Under the pieces are notes generated by a model that was not told the DNA's origin, ran no database searches, and saw only the letters and a list, made by a program, of their open reading frames with translations. From contig JNEM01013795.1 of NCBI GenBank assembly GCA_000697335.1, positions 1-41,098 of the forward strand: a stretch of DNA of 41,098 nt, written 5' to 3'. Origin of the DNA: Conidiobolus incongruus B7586 (lineage: Eukaryota). This document shows positions 1 to 13,070 of this stretch, in pieces; the first letter of the stretch is position 1, and the number at the start of each line of letters is the position of its first letter. A program made the position numbers and the translations under genes.

Positions 1-962
1 AGGAGAGTATAAAGCGCAAGTTCAAATTCAGGACTGGTACCAATGAAAGCGGAGGAAACTGGCTTGAAGCTATTTCTCCATTCGAATTTAACTTGAGTCA
101 AGTGTTCTTTTCCGGTAGGATTTTCAAGAGGGTGAGATCCTTTAGGTTTAACATATCCTTTATATTCAAAACGATTTTCCTTTTCTTCGAAATACATGAA
201 CAACCAATTGTGGAATCCAATCACTTCATTGTCTCTAGTCTCGCCCAAGAATACATGTTCGAAAGCTGAGCTATCAGCTTTACCATCTCTCGATATAGGA
301 CTGAACCAAATTTCCTGCAATTTTTCTTGGAAAGAAGTAGGGTCACCACTACACAACCTTAGGGCAACAAGGTATTGGTGCAAGTATTGACCTGGTTTAG
401 TACTACAGAAAGCCTTCAAGAAAAGTTCTTGCTCCTTAATTTCATGAGAAGTATGATTTTCTGCAACACCCGTTTCAGAGGTGTAATTATCTAAAAGGTC
501 ATAGAAGTACTTATAGGTGGGAATAGTGAATATTCTAGGCTCGTTAACATATCTAAACAACTTATTCCTTGCTTTTTCATTGGGACTACCAGCACTACTG
601 GAAAGTTGATAATACATCTCATAATCTAAACCTGGATTCAAACGGTTGCTATCCAAAGCCCATAATTTTTCACAAGCAAGTCTATGATTTTTGAGCTCTT
701 CGGAAGTAGGCGCCAAGCTAATGGGAGAAGAAGCAGAAGTAGCACTGGAAGTAATTGAAGGAGGCTTTCCAGGGGAGGTAGGGGGCTTATGACCATTCGT
801 ATCTTGCCAATCGGAAAGAGGAATGTCGTTCAAAGTAGCGAAATGAGTTTTAGGTGGACGGGTGATTTTATCGGCAGGCAAAGATCCTACTTGATTAGTT
901 TTAGAGTGAGCGTCACTTCCATCGTCACCACCACAACATATTAGTCTTAAAATTGCCTCCAT
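1..962 (-). CDS. ENDOU: EndoU/XendoU-family poly(U)-specific endoribonuclease (3' end beyond window edge)
   Basis: Manual translation from ATG at 962 is open to the window edge (320 codons): MEAILRLICCGG...ACEKLWALDSNRL...DSSAFEHVFLGE...IGFHNW...FEWRNSFKPVSSAFIGTSPEFELALYTL. It carries the His/His/Lys catalytic motifs of EndoU. Confidence 0.93.
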   Translation of the reverse strand, partial: MEAILRLICCGGDDGSDAHSKTNQVGSLPADKITRPPKTHFATLNDIPLSDWQDTNGHKPPTSPGKPPSITSSATSASSPISLAPTSEELKNHRLACEKLWALDSNRLNPGLDYEMYYQLSSSAGSPNEKARNKLFRYVNEPRIFTIPTYKYFYDLLDNYTSETGVAENHTSHEIKEQELFLKAFCSTKPGQYLHQYLVALRLCSGDPTSFQEKLQEIWFSPISRDGKADSSAFEHVFLGETRDNEVIGFHNWLFMYFEEKENRFEYKGYVKPKGSHPLENPTGKEHLTQVKFEWRNSFKPVSSAFIGTSPEFELALYTL

Positions 963-3900
963 AATAGCTAATATTAAATTATGACCAAGTTTTAGAAATT
1001 AATTAAAAATGTTTTATAAAATGAAAAGAGAATGATTTAAATGATTGATAAATGTTTAATGTGCAATATGAACAATATATTAAAATAATTAAATATAATA
1101 TGATGTCTGGAATTCAACTACAAGTTATACTAAGTCAATTAGAATAAATTACAAAAATCCAAATATGATGAGAAAAGGTTTAATCAATGGAAATTTGAGT
1201 TGATTCCTTAGTAAAGGATGCGTTTATCCAAATAGACCAAGCAGTTGAAAAGAATAGGAGGAGTAAAATTGTTAAACAAGAAGTAAACCGCCAATAATTC
1301 TCACTAATTTGGTTTTATATACACCCAGAATGTTTATTAATTCATGTTGATTTAAAGTTTTCTCTCATCTTTCCCAAATTGAGGTGATGGTTAAATTTAT
1401 CTATTGTAGCAGTAATTGGCTTATTTAATTGGTCTAATGCTAATCAAGTTCAGTTGCCATAATCATCTATCCAATGTATCTTGATAGTTCAAATAGATGA
1501 GTGAGCATATGGAGTCACTCTGATGATTAGTGGTCTTCAAATCAATGGAAAATTAACGATGATCTTCGAGCCTACATCATTGGATATATATGAATACGTA
1601 CATCTCACTATCGCTAATCCTCAATCATGGTTAAATTTCCTTTGATTGAATGGTTTATCGCCAGTTCCCCACATTTTGGTAGTTGGAAAATCTCTCCTGT
1701 TAACTATAATGAATATTGGAGAATGGCACTCAATAACATGTTAATAACTCTATCTTGATACATTTGTAATTATTTTTTAATAGCTTTGATAAATAAAAAC
1801 ACGCATTCAATGAAGAGAGGGATGAATGATGAATCAAGAGACTAGAGAATGTTAAAATTTAAATTATCAATCCACTGCGAATATAAAAATCTGTAATTCA
1901 ATAAACTAAATAAACCCAGAATATATTATTATCAATAAAATTCCCTTAAATAACACATCAATAATAATATTACACTTGATATAAAGACACTTTGCAATCA
2001 CAATAACATTTTTATTCTTTTTTGATTATATTTACGTTTAGGAAATTTTAGCTTTTAAAAACAGATAAAAATGTGATAATAATATTAAATTCATACTCCA
2101 ATATTTAAATTTAAAAAAATTTCAAATTTTATTAACTATATTAGTTTAACTTAATCACAATTTTACAATATAAAATAGGGAATATAAGTATTATCATATT
2201 TATACTTATTATTTTATTTATATCAAATTTGGTTAATAAAAAATTTATTTCATCAAATATTATCCATTTAAGCTGTCAAATGCATAAATTGCATCATGTA
2301 TGAAATTTCTAGAATGTATCATATTTGTCAAAAATATTTTTCATGGCATAAAATGGTCAATGCTATTCAATCTAATGCCAAGTAAACGTACATCTCGTAT
2401 CCTTTGATTTTATTAATATCTCGTTTTAATACCACTAATATTAGGATTAACGAGCTATATAGTCTTTGACCAATTAACAACTAGTGATAATTCACAGTGA
2501 TAATATTTTCAAATGAAATGGGACACTCAATCATATAAATTTAGTTAACTTTATAAAAAAGGTTAAATAATTAATGAATAAAATTTGATAAAATAAATTT
2601 ATTATAAAAGATAATAGTTTGTATCATGATAACATAATCCTAAAAGAAATTGAATTATAATGAGATGGCACTAAACTAGATCGATGATTAAACATTGATA
2701 GATAACTACCAATTTAACTACATTCAATAATTAACTAATATGAATATTTTTTACTATAATACTCTATAAATATGTATTTAAGATTCATGTATAGTGTATA
2801 ATTATAAATAAAGGCATAGAATCAAATAAACAATATATTTGTAACCAATTTAATATTATCTTTTTGGAATTACCCTTTTGAGATAGTTTTTAATAAGGTT
2901 AATTATGAATAGTTTGGAGTTGACTCCATTTTATTTTTAGAATTTTAAAGGTATTAGAAGTAACTAAAATTAAATATTAAATATTTTTTTATTTGATTAA
3001 TCTAGAATATTTTATAATATTACCATGATGAAAATTTATAACATTTTCAAAGCGTAACTATTAATAATATATAGACTGCATTCAAAATCAAAATATTTAA
3101 CATAGATCATACAAGTAATTCGATTTAGTAAGGCATCGAATTTGCAATATACAAATATCAAATAAAACAGGGCAATAAAATATAAATATTTATTTAAAAT
3201 CTTAATAAGCTGGTTTATTAATATTTCATATGCCAATTCTATAATCTTGATTTTTAAGAATTTAAACTGAATTAATGATTAATAGTTGATAATATTAAAT
3301 AAGATTAATTTAACAACTAGCTATATTTCCTTAAGGAATGAGTAAAATTCATGAAATTTCATTAATTTTCAATGAAAATTTTCATTTAATTTATTTGTTT
3401 AAAATAATCAATATAAAAATTTATAATTTAGCTATGTCAAGTTGAATTATTAATATTTTTAATTATATCTATTCTTTGTTGATATATTTTAAGTTTATTC
3501 ATTGAACGGGGTCATATGAATAGACCATATTCAGAAATAGCTGAATTATATTCACCAGCCAATTATTCAAGATTTAGATGTAAAAATTAATGTAAAGGAT
3601 AAGAAATATGTCAAAAGCCATTAAAGTTAGTATAATATTTATTAAAATATAATAGATTAATATATTAATAAATATTTTAGATTAATTAATGTATTATTTA
3701 ATTTCAAATTGAAGCAAACTTATTACACTTCATTTTCTAATCATTTATCCCAACAGGTAAAGTTTTTCTGATCAAGATTTACTAAAAAGCAATCAACAAT
3801 ATTTAGAGCCTATTATAATAAAACAGTGCATATTAACTTCCATTAACTAAAGTTTTATATTATCTAACCCTTTTCACTTTTGAAAAAATCAATATAATTG

Positions 3901-5288
3901 ATGTTTATATCATCAATATTGATGGGCCAAATTCGATATATTAAACATAATAAATATGGATTATGTAAAGTGTATTCAGTGAATCCTAGTTAAATATTGT
4001 TTTAAATCTAATAAATAGTCAAATATAGAGTGATAAATTAAAAAAATAAAATCAAGTCATAAATTACTATGACTAATTGAACGTGAAAATGCTATTAATT
4101 TCGAACCAATATAACTTTTAAAACTACATTACAAAAATGATATATAGATACACTTTGCAATCAGGTTATAATTTAAATTAAAATTAAAATTATGATAATA
4201 TTATATATTTGAGTAATATCATATATATCATTAAGTGTAAAAATTCTTTTTTTAATTATTTTTAATTAAATTCAATTTTAAAAATTTTAAATTTAGAATA
4301 AAAATATTCAACAGATTAAAATAATTCTGTAATATATTATAGTAATTTGATTTAATGAAATTATAAATTTCAAAAGATAATATAGTTATTATTTTTTTAT
4401 ATATTATAAAAAAATTGATGATTTTATATCACTAGCAAATCTATATTAGTTTATTAGATATATTAATCGCAGAGTAAATGGAAATAATATTATGTACTTT
4501 ATTTTAAGATAATATTAATAAATATTCTATTCATTATGGAGTTTATAAATTAACCATTTACTTCTGGAATGTAAAAATTATTCGACAAATGTTGGTAATT
4601 TTAATTAATATTACACTCAATAAGCTTTAATATAAAAATTTCATTTTCATTTATAGGTAGAGAATCACAAATATTATATCACATATTTTGTTTTGATTTC
4701 TAGTTTAAATACATATTACTCTTAACAAAGAAGAAAATATGTATTTTCACCAATAGATTTTAATGGGAAAAAATTAAATTACAATTTAATTCATCAACAA
4801 TTCTTAACAATGATATGAAATTAATTATAGTTTTATAAAAACATTTCACAAACTATCCAATAATTCGACCTTAATTAACTTTATAAACTATTGATTGATG
4901 TTTTATTATTAAAATATCAATACTCAATATAGTTTATCTATCATATTTGATTAAAATAAAGAATTTTATTAATTAAAGTTATATTTTATGTCCAAATTCA
5001 ATATTAATTAATTACTGAATCTTTATTAAAATTAATTTTAAAATTAAATTTAGCTATTAAAATCTTAAATCCTAAAAGCATGATAAATTTATATTTAAAA
5101 AAATTACATCTTTTATAATTTAGGATTAATTAATAATTATTTAATATAGTTTAATTATTGTGGATAAAATTAACACACTTTGGATAATCTTTGTATTCCT
5201 ATATAAAATATAATAAATTACAATTATAAAACAATAATTTAATTTTAATAATTAATAAATGAGGTTAAGTCATTAATAATCTAAATTA

Positions 5289-6776
5289 TTACATAAAATT
5301 CTCACTCAACAAAGACCGAGTGAAAGGTCGGAACTCCGGACAGTGCAATTTGATCCAATCGTGTTGTAGCACCTGTCGGGGTGTAAGACGTTCCGCAGGA
5401 TTGTAAACCAGCAGCTTTGAGATGAGATCCTGTGCCAATTCCGACATGTATGGTGGGAATGTGTACTGGATCCTGGCAATGCGCGTCATCGTCGAGTTCT
5501 TGTCCCGGGTTTCGAAGGGTGGTGTTCCAGTGATCATTTCGTAGATGATGCAGCCCAGGGCCCAGTAATCGCTAGCTAGGGAGTGGGGCTTGTTAGGCTC
5601 AATGATCTCTGGAGAGAAGTAGTCCAAGGTACCGCAGTAGGTGTATCGTCTTTCGTTGGGATCTTCTAAACACACTGACCATCCAAAATCAGACAGTTTA
5701 ATATTTTCATTACTGTCGAGCATTAAGTTCTCGGGTTTTAAATCTCTGTGAATGATGTTCTTTAATCTCAGGTACCATAGGGCATCTGCCAACTGTGCAG
5801 TATATTTAGCAGCTTTAGACTCACAAAATCTGCCAGCTTGTTTAATGTGATTGTACAATTGACCGTACGATGCGACTTCTTGTAATATGTAGAACGAATT
5901 ATTGTCGAAGTAGAAATCGAAAGTTCTGATGATATTGGGGTGCCTTAATGGGAATTGATTATTCACCTCCCTGACAATTTGCTCCATGAGGTTAGTTTTA
6001 GAAATATTTAATCGTCCCATGACTTTAAGTGCCATGAAGAACCCACTTTCGCGTTCTTTTACTAAATACACAGATCCCATAGCGCCTTGACCTAAAGGTC
6101 CGATAATTTTCAAATCTCTCAAGCGCAACTTTTCGATAATGTTGGACATACTCATAGTTGCCTGAGGTACCATATCCGCAATACCTCGACTGGCCATTGA
6201 CAACCGACGTTGTAGCACTGAGCTCCTATTATGACTGAAACTGGTTCTCCTTTGGGTCTCAGATTCCTCGGGAGTTATTTCAATTTGATGTTGATTCGGT
6301 TTCTGCACCATTTTATTAAGTGATTTGCTAGGTTGATGTACTACTCTGGTAGTAGTGGTAGTGACAGTAGCAGTAGTTGTAGTTTGCATCTGTTTCCTGA
6401 CACTTGTCCTCTTACCAATTTCGTTTGTCGGAGGCTCCTTCTTCACCACAGTACCGCGAGTCGAAACTCGTTTGGTATTAGTTTGCCTTCTAGCACCATT
6501 ATGTACCGAACTATTAGTCCTATTCGTTTCCAATTTCTTCTGAATGGAACTCCTCTTAGTAGATTTCAAAATAGGAGAATTTTCCACTGGAGGAATAACA
6601 ATTCTCTGATCTTTTCTCATACTGGACAGAGTAGGTCTCATAATAGACGAACTGATCACTTTCGTAGTGGTAATAGGCTTAAAATTTTTGGAAGTTCTAC
6701 TACTTACACACTCTTTTTTTATTTTTATATTATTAGTATTTAACCTTTCATTTGTAAATTTTCTTTCAATTGACAT
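5289..6776 (-). CDS. IPL1: Aurora-family Ser/Thr kinase (Ipl1/Ark1-like), intronless, long basic low-complexity N-terminus
   Basis: 495-aa ORF with MALKV, HRDLKPEN, DFGWSV and RRYTYCGTLDY (Aurora activation-loop signature). Confidence 0.92.
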   Translation of the reverse strand: MSIERKFTNERLNTNNIKIKKECVSSRTSKNFKPITTTKVISSSIMRPTLSSMRKDQRIVIPPVENSPILKSTKRSSIQKKLETNRTNSSVHNGARRQTNTKRVSTRGTVVKKEPPTNEIGKRTSVRKQMQTTTTATVTTTTTRVVHQPSKSLNKMVQKPNQHQIEITPEESETQRRTSFSHNRSSVLQRRLSMASRGIADMVPQATMSMSNIIEKLRLRDLKIIGPLGQGAMGSVYLVKERESGFFMALKVMGRLNISKTNLMEQIVREVNNQFPLRHPNIIRTFDFYFDNNSFYILQEVASYGQLYNHIKQAGRFCESKAAKYTAQLADALWYLRLKNIIHRDLKPENLMLDSNENIKLSDFGWSVCLEDPNERRYTYCGTLDYFSPEIIEPNKPHSLASDYWALGCIIYEMITGTPPFETRDKNSTMTRIARIQYTFPPYMSELAQDLISKLLVYNPAERLTPRQVLQHDWIKLHCPEFRPFTRSLLSENFM

Positions 6777-6923
6777 AATATAAAAATTATTTTTTTAAAT
6801 ATTATTAATTAATAAATATAGTTCAAAAAAAAATTATTTAAATATATATGTAAATATTAAAAATAATTAATTATTATTATTTAAAAATGAAATATTTTTT
6901 TAATTATTTTTAATTTTTTAAAA

Positions 6924-6941
6924 TATATATATATATATATA
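6924..6941. repeat. (TA)9 microsatellite
   Basis: Direct reading of the sequence. Confidence 0.9.
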
Positions 6942-7505
6942 AAGAATATTAAAAATTAAATAAAAAAATTTAATTGGAATATAAATAAAAATTTAATTGA
7001 ATTAAATGTTATGGAAATTGAAGATTTAAATTAAATAAAAAAAGCATTTAAAATTTAATATTTTATATAGTACATCCATATAAATTTAATAAAATAATAT
7101 AAAAATAAATATAAAAATTTAATAATATTTAAATATTATATTTTCACAGACTTTATTTATATTAATTAATACTTTTATTAATTAAAAATAAATTAAAAAT
7201 TAAGATTTATTTATTTTGTAAAAATATACTAATATTAGATAATTGTTTTTGAAAATACATATATGTTAAGATGTATTCAAATTGCAGTATAAAAGTTTAT
7301 AAATTTTAATAAACTTAACAATATTTACTATTCTTGTTATTTTTTGTTAGTTAATTCTTTGATAAAATCAATTTAATCAGCAAATTATTATGGGAATGAA
7401 TTAAGATATTTGAATATAAAATATGATTGAATTCATTGATTCAATATGTAATAATAAAAAATTCTATCATTCTTTTTGTATAATGTTTATTAAAATAATT
7501 TAATA

Positions 7506-9529
7506 ATGACAACTGAAAATATAAATAATGATGGTAAATATTAAACAATACTAAAAATATTATTATTAAATTTTAAATTTGTAAATTACTACTAGTTCAA
7601 AATCCTAATGCCCCAAAAATAATATTCGATAACTTAGTCAACGACGAAGAGATAAACCACAGAACGGTAATAGTACGAGGACATATTGAAACTACTGGAA
7701 ATTATGAAGATTTTTTATTCGTACTATTCAATAATGTGGTGTATCCTTGGCCTATTGAAAATGGCGAATTTCGTGGAGTAGTAGTATTAAATAAGCGTCA
7801 TAACAATGTCTATTTTCAATATGGCGAAGTGAACACCACTTTGCATTTACACTATATCCCTTTGAATGATGTCGCCAGTTTGAAAGTTGCAGTGTTTTAT
7901 TGTAGAGATAGTAATTTGCAACTTCCTTTTAATGAAATTACCAATCCCAATGAGACTAGAGACCCTACAGAGATTAAAAAAGATATTAGAGATAAAATCT
8001 CAACAGCTGTTAGTTTGATTCAGAGTACAGTTGCTGATATTAATTTCATTCATAGGGGAAATCGTCAAACTTTCAATTTGGAACAGAGCACAAGTTTCCA
8101 GAGTGATCCAGAATATGTTAAGATTCATTTTGTTCCTTTGAATTGTACTCGTCAGGAACTCTTTGATATGTGTAAAATCCATAGACAGAATGATCAGAAT
8201 AATCGCGGAGTTTTTCTTCCTTTTATTCAAGCTTTAAATTTTTATGGCTATCCTTTTGATTCGGATCAGTATATCATGGGTTTCTTGTTGGACTCTGCGA
8301 GAGATGAACAATCTGGAGAGCTGTATGGCGAAATGAACTCCATTCTAATAACGCCTCGTCTTAAGATGTCCATATTTTCATGTGCTACAGTATTTTCATG
8401 GCCTTCTAATTTTAAATTATATGAGCATCTCTCCCAATCCTCAACATCTCTACTTCAAATGAAACATACCTACGGCTACCAAACCAATGATTTGGTAGAA
8501 CTTTGGGACTATAGTTTTACTAAATTATATCATTTGACTTTGAATTTGCTAAATTTAAAAACTAGAAAGGAATTGAATGAGGGAATTCATGAAGATGATC
8601 TCATTTTAAAGACATTTGTTCAGAAGCCAGTAGTCAATTCTGCTGAAGAGAAATTTGATCCTGCTAAATATTTGGGTACTCTGATGTTTCCAAAGCACAA
8701 GAGTTTGGAATTTGCTTATCACCTTATTGCCCGACCTTATGAGGATTATTTTAATCCTGTTTATCATCTCACATCGATACCTGGTATATATATATGTACC
8801 AATGGTTTGATAATCATGTCAAGTAGCAAAATTGTCAGCGTTCGTGTAATTGTTGGTTACAAAGAATACCTTCTATCATGCCAACATACGCCAATGCAAC
8901 CATTTCTAATTAGTTCGGATATATGGTTCAAACACAAATCTAAAGATCCCATCAATTTACATCTGCATACATTATCGGGTGGCAGCACCATGATTCCCGA
9001 TGTCACTACTTTCATCACCAAAAACTTTATCGATCTCCACAATCAAAACTATTACTATCGATCCCCTTCGCCATTCCCCGGTTCAGCATTCCACCAATCC
9101 ACTCATTTCGATGTTGAATTCTACAAGCAATCCCAATCCACTTACACAATCACCTTCTTTGGCACTGAAACCTCAATAACCGGCATCAAATTCAAATTCG
9201 GCAATAACATCATCAAGTACGGAACACAACAAATTCAAATTGGGCTCCCGACAACATACGACAACTTGAACTCCCTTGCAGCTATCCACTTTTTCTTAGG
9301 TCCTAAATCCATAGTCGGAATTGAACTCTTCTCGAGTCAGGGATATTCATCATTCGTGGGCAGTAAGCAGGGGCATTTAATAGTGTTACAGCCTCCGAAC
9401 AACATACAGATATCAGGGATTTACGGTAGTTACAATTACGAAAGTTTAATTAACCTTGGAATTATTCACAAGGTGGACACTGTTATTACAGATCATTGCG
9501 TTGGTGAAGGATTTAGTGTGAATAATTAA
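7506..9529 (+). CDS. YIL108W-like putative metallopeptidase (Metallopep family) with C-terminal jacalin-like domain; zinc motif degenerate. Exons 7506-7533, 7596-9529
   Basis: ATG 7506 and a GT..AG intron 7534-7595 join in frame with the 597-aa ORF. Family-like blocks: HRTVIVRG, WPIENGEFRGVVVL, MSIFSCATVFSWPS. C-terminal ITGIKF / IVGIELFSSQG / ISGIYGS segments are jacalin-like. Family assignment is from recalled consensus, not a search. Confidence 0.72.
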
Positions 9530-11228
9530 TTATGCTTTTTACTTTGTTTAATTACTCTAAAAAAGCTGAAAATTCATATTAATATATATTTTATAATTAT
9601 TTTTAATAACAATGTATTTGAATGTGCTAAGTTTTAATATATATTTACTTAATCAAGGGTATATATGTCAACTATATCTATCAGGTTGGAAAGAAAGAAA
9701 TCATAAATTTTTTAATTTCTGATTTTTTCAAATATATTGTTAGTTTTAAAAATAAATTATATACAAAATATATAAGAGAATTTGTATTTTCACAATATTT
9801 ATCATTTTTAATAAATTTTTCATTAAAATATTTTTATTTCCAAATTTATTGTTATATTTAATTAAGTTTAAATTAAAGAATAATTATTAAAATCATTTAT
9901 TTTAGTATTATTAAAACTTAACTAGAAACTTTTTAAAATTATTTAAGATTTACAATCAATTTATAAAAATAATGCTTTATCTAAAACTATTATTTATTAC
10001 TAAGTTTGACATTTTAAAGTTAAAAGGGATATTATTTAAAATCTATCAAAATTTAAAAGATTAATTTATATTGTTATATTGTTTTTTATTTTAGTTACAT
10101 TATCAAAGTAATTTAATATTAAATATAAAAATACCTATAGAGTTTAAACTTAGTTTGATTAATAAAAATATATAACAAATATTTTATAATTTAACAAAAA
10201 CTTAAAAAAAATTAAAATAACTATAATGAAATAAAACTTAATAAGATATAACTATTAGCAAAAGCTCTCATATTAAATTATTATAATTAATATATCTTAA
10301 ATTCTTTAATATAACCTTTTATTTAAAACAAAACAAAATAAAATATTATATAGAATTAAAACAACCACTATTATAAATTTCATTAAAAAACATTTTATTT
10401 ATAAAAAATATTAATTGTTTTAATTATTTATAATTATAAATAGGCTTTGATTTGCTTTTTTAAATTAAATTAATTAATGACAAGTTTTATATTTCTTTAT
10501 ATAAAACTATTTTTAATTAGTGTTATTATAAACTCAAGATGCTGATTATTATATATAATAATTATAAAATATATCAAGCTAGAATAATAAAAGATTTTCT
10601 ATATAAAAAATTAGAAAAAACTACCATATTTAGTATATTCACTATATTATAACTTATATGTTTATAATTATTTTATATAATTAAAAAATTGGCTTAAAAA
10701 CAAGAAAATTCTTATAAATTTGATTGGTTTATAAAATAGTAAATTTTAGTTATTAATAAAAAGAGTTTTTTTTAAGTATTAAATGCTTGTTAAAAGTATA
10801 AAAAGAATTTATTAATAATAAAATTGAGTATTAATTTTATTTTATATATTTCTTTTATTATATTATTAGATATTATATTTAATTTTGATTTTAAAAATTT
10901 ACTATTATTTAATCTCTAAAATAATAATAATATGATTTTAATTATCTATTGTGATTTATAAATTTAAACAGATATAATTTTAGATCTATATCATATTTAT
11001 TTTACTCTACTATATTAAAATATTACTTTTAAATTTGATTAGTATTTCTTTATTTATACAATAAAACAGATTTTAAGTTTCTTTGAATTAGTGAACAAAT
11101 TTGACAGTGTATCCCATAATTTAGATATAAGGTATTCAAATTTTAAGTGATATATAAATTCATCAAATATCAGTCCAAATATCAAATATCAAAAAAGTTT
11201 TAAATATATTGAATAATTAAAAATTGAT

Positions 11229-12188
11229 ATGATTGGTCCTCAAATTCCAAATAAAAAAGATAAAGATGAAGACAGGGGTATGATAGGTCCTCAGATTCCT
11301 AATCCTGAAGTTGAGAATGATGATGAGATTGGACCAAAGATGCCTTCAACCGATGAAACTATAGGTCCTCAATTACCTTCATCTAAAAAGTCAACAGGAC
11401 CTGAATTACCTCCAACAAATGAATCGATAAATCCCCAATTACCTTTAAAACGACGTGTTATGGGCCCTAGTCTACCCGAAAGAGCTGTCGAAACTGAAAC
11501 AAACGCACCAAAGCGTCGCAGAGCACCCCAAGGCCCCAGCTTACCACCTCATTTAGCTCAGCATTCCGATGACGACAACGAGATAATCGGTCCTGTCATG
11601 CCATCTGAATCCGCATCTAACAATTCTTTAAACCACACATTAAATCTCATCGAACAACGCGCTCAAGGTGGCATATCCCAAAATGATGGAGTTCCCAAGC
11701 GTGAAGAATGGATGATGGTACCTCCAAAATCGCAACTCAGGGTAGACCCATTGAATATTAAGAGCAGACAATTCAACCAATCCACAAGAGTTGCCAACAA
11801 GAAGGATTTAGATAATTCTTCATGGACAGAGACCCCGCAGCAGAAGTACGATCGTCTCATTAAGGGCGAGACCAACGATTCCAGTTCAAAATACTCAGAT
11901 TGTGACGAAGGAGAAACCATATCCAAAGCGGAGCAGGAACGTCAGCAGCAGTTGGAGCAATTGGTCAGTGCCTACAACAAGGAGCATCGTGGCGCCAGTT
12001 TGATGGATGAGCACTTGTCTAAAAAGAGTAAGGGTAAAGACCAGAGTAATAATGAACGTAAACCTTTCGACCCCGAGAGAGATTTAAGTATGAGTCGCAC
12101 ATCTGGTAAAGATATGATCAAGAAAATGAAAGATATGGGTGGATTGAGTAGTCGTTTTCAGGGATCTAGCAGTGGCAAATATTTGTAA
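11229..12188 (+). CDS. GPALPP1: GPALPP motifs-containing protein 1 (DUF3752 family)
   Basis: Nine xGPxLP/IP-like repeats in the N-terminal half, then KREEWMMVPP, SSWTETP, SLMDEH, KPFDPERDL and the LSSRF..GKYL C-terminus. Confidence 0.85.
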   Translation: MIGPQIPNKKDKDEDRGMIGPQIPNPEVENDDEIGPKMPSTDETIGPQLPSSKKSTGPELPPTNESINPQLPLKRRVMGPSLPERAVETETNAPKRRRAPQGPSLPPHLAQHSDDDNEIIGPVMPSESASNNSLNHTLNLIEQRAQGGISQNDGVPKREEWMMVPPKSQLRVDPLNIKSRQFNQSTRVANKKDLDNSSWTETPQQKYDRLIKGETNDSSSKYSDCDEGETISKAEQERQQQLEQLVSAYNKEHRGASLMDEHLSKKSKGKDQSNNERKPFDPERDLSMSRTSGKDMIKKMKDMGGLSSRFQGSSSGKYL

Positions 12189-13070
12189 ATTTTAGATATT
12201 CAAACCCGGTTTATTCAACTTAGAATACCAATCCTATATTTAGCTGTAATATGATTATTTTTTACCATACATAAGGTTTCTTCCTATATTGAAATTAGAT
12301 TGAACTCTATTTCAAATATTTGAATGAATTTCGATTTATTATAATTTTATTAGTTGATATATCTTCTTAATTAGATAGAATTTGATTACAAATTGTCCTT
12401 TCAAACAAATCAACTAAGATTCTAATTCTATATCTTAATTACAAGTAAATAAAATAACTCATTCTAAAATATTTGATTAAAACCGAAATGTTTTTAAAAT
12501 AATTATCTATTCTATAGGCTTATGACAAAATTTTTATTTTTATACTCATGAATTCTATTGAGTAAAACCCATTTTAGAAAATTTAATCTTAGCAAAATAT
12601 TAAATACTACACTTTGATTTGATAATTTAACAATCAATATATTGAAAGAACAATCTAATTTAATCAATATTTTAATAATAATTCATTTACTATACAAGAC
12701 ATATTATTTCATTTTATATACCTCATAAAGTTGAAGACGTTGTAACTATTTGGAATATGGAAAAGTTGATATTAATACCTCAATTTTGAAATAAATTGAC
12801 AGTTATTCACTTTATAAGTACATTTTATTGTATCAATTGTAAAATGAAATACAACTATAAGTCTATTATTCAGGAATAGGTTATAGATAATCCAAAATGT
12901 TATAAATTTTATAATAATGTTAACGAGATTGAAAATAATTTGAAAACTAAGTTTAAAATTCTGTTGCAATTGTAATAATGAATCAGAAAAAGCTTATTAG
13001 AATTGATAATATGAAAAAGGGTAATCTTTTACTTCTGAAGCATATTGATCTATTATTCTTATAACCATCA

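Noticed and set aside
196..390. Short antisense or overlapping ORFs in the track (e.g. 196-390, 6333-6743, 20084-20545, 22202-22528, 29843-30234, 39004-39429)
   Set aside because: They are shadow frames of well-supported genes and have no independent motifs.
3036..3236. Short AT-rich ORFs (3036-3236, 12772-12969, 34163-34375, 34290-34532)
   Set aside because: Their Ile/Asn/Lys/Phe-rich composition is what random AT-rich DNA gives, and there are no domains.
11229..11605. Periodic repeats that might suggest a CRISPR-like array
   Set aside because: They are degenerate, in-frame GPxLP peptide repeats of GPALPP1.
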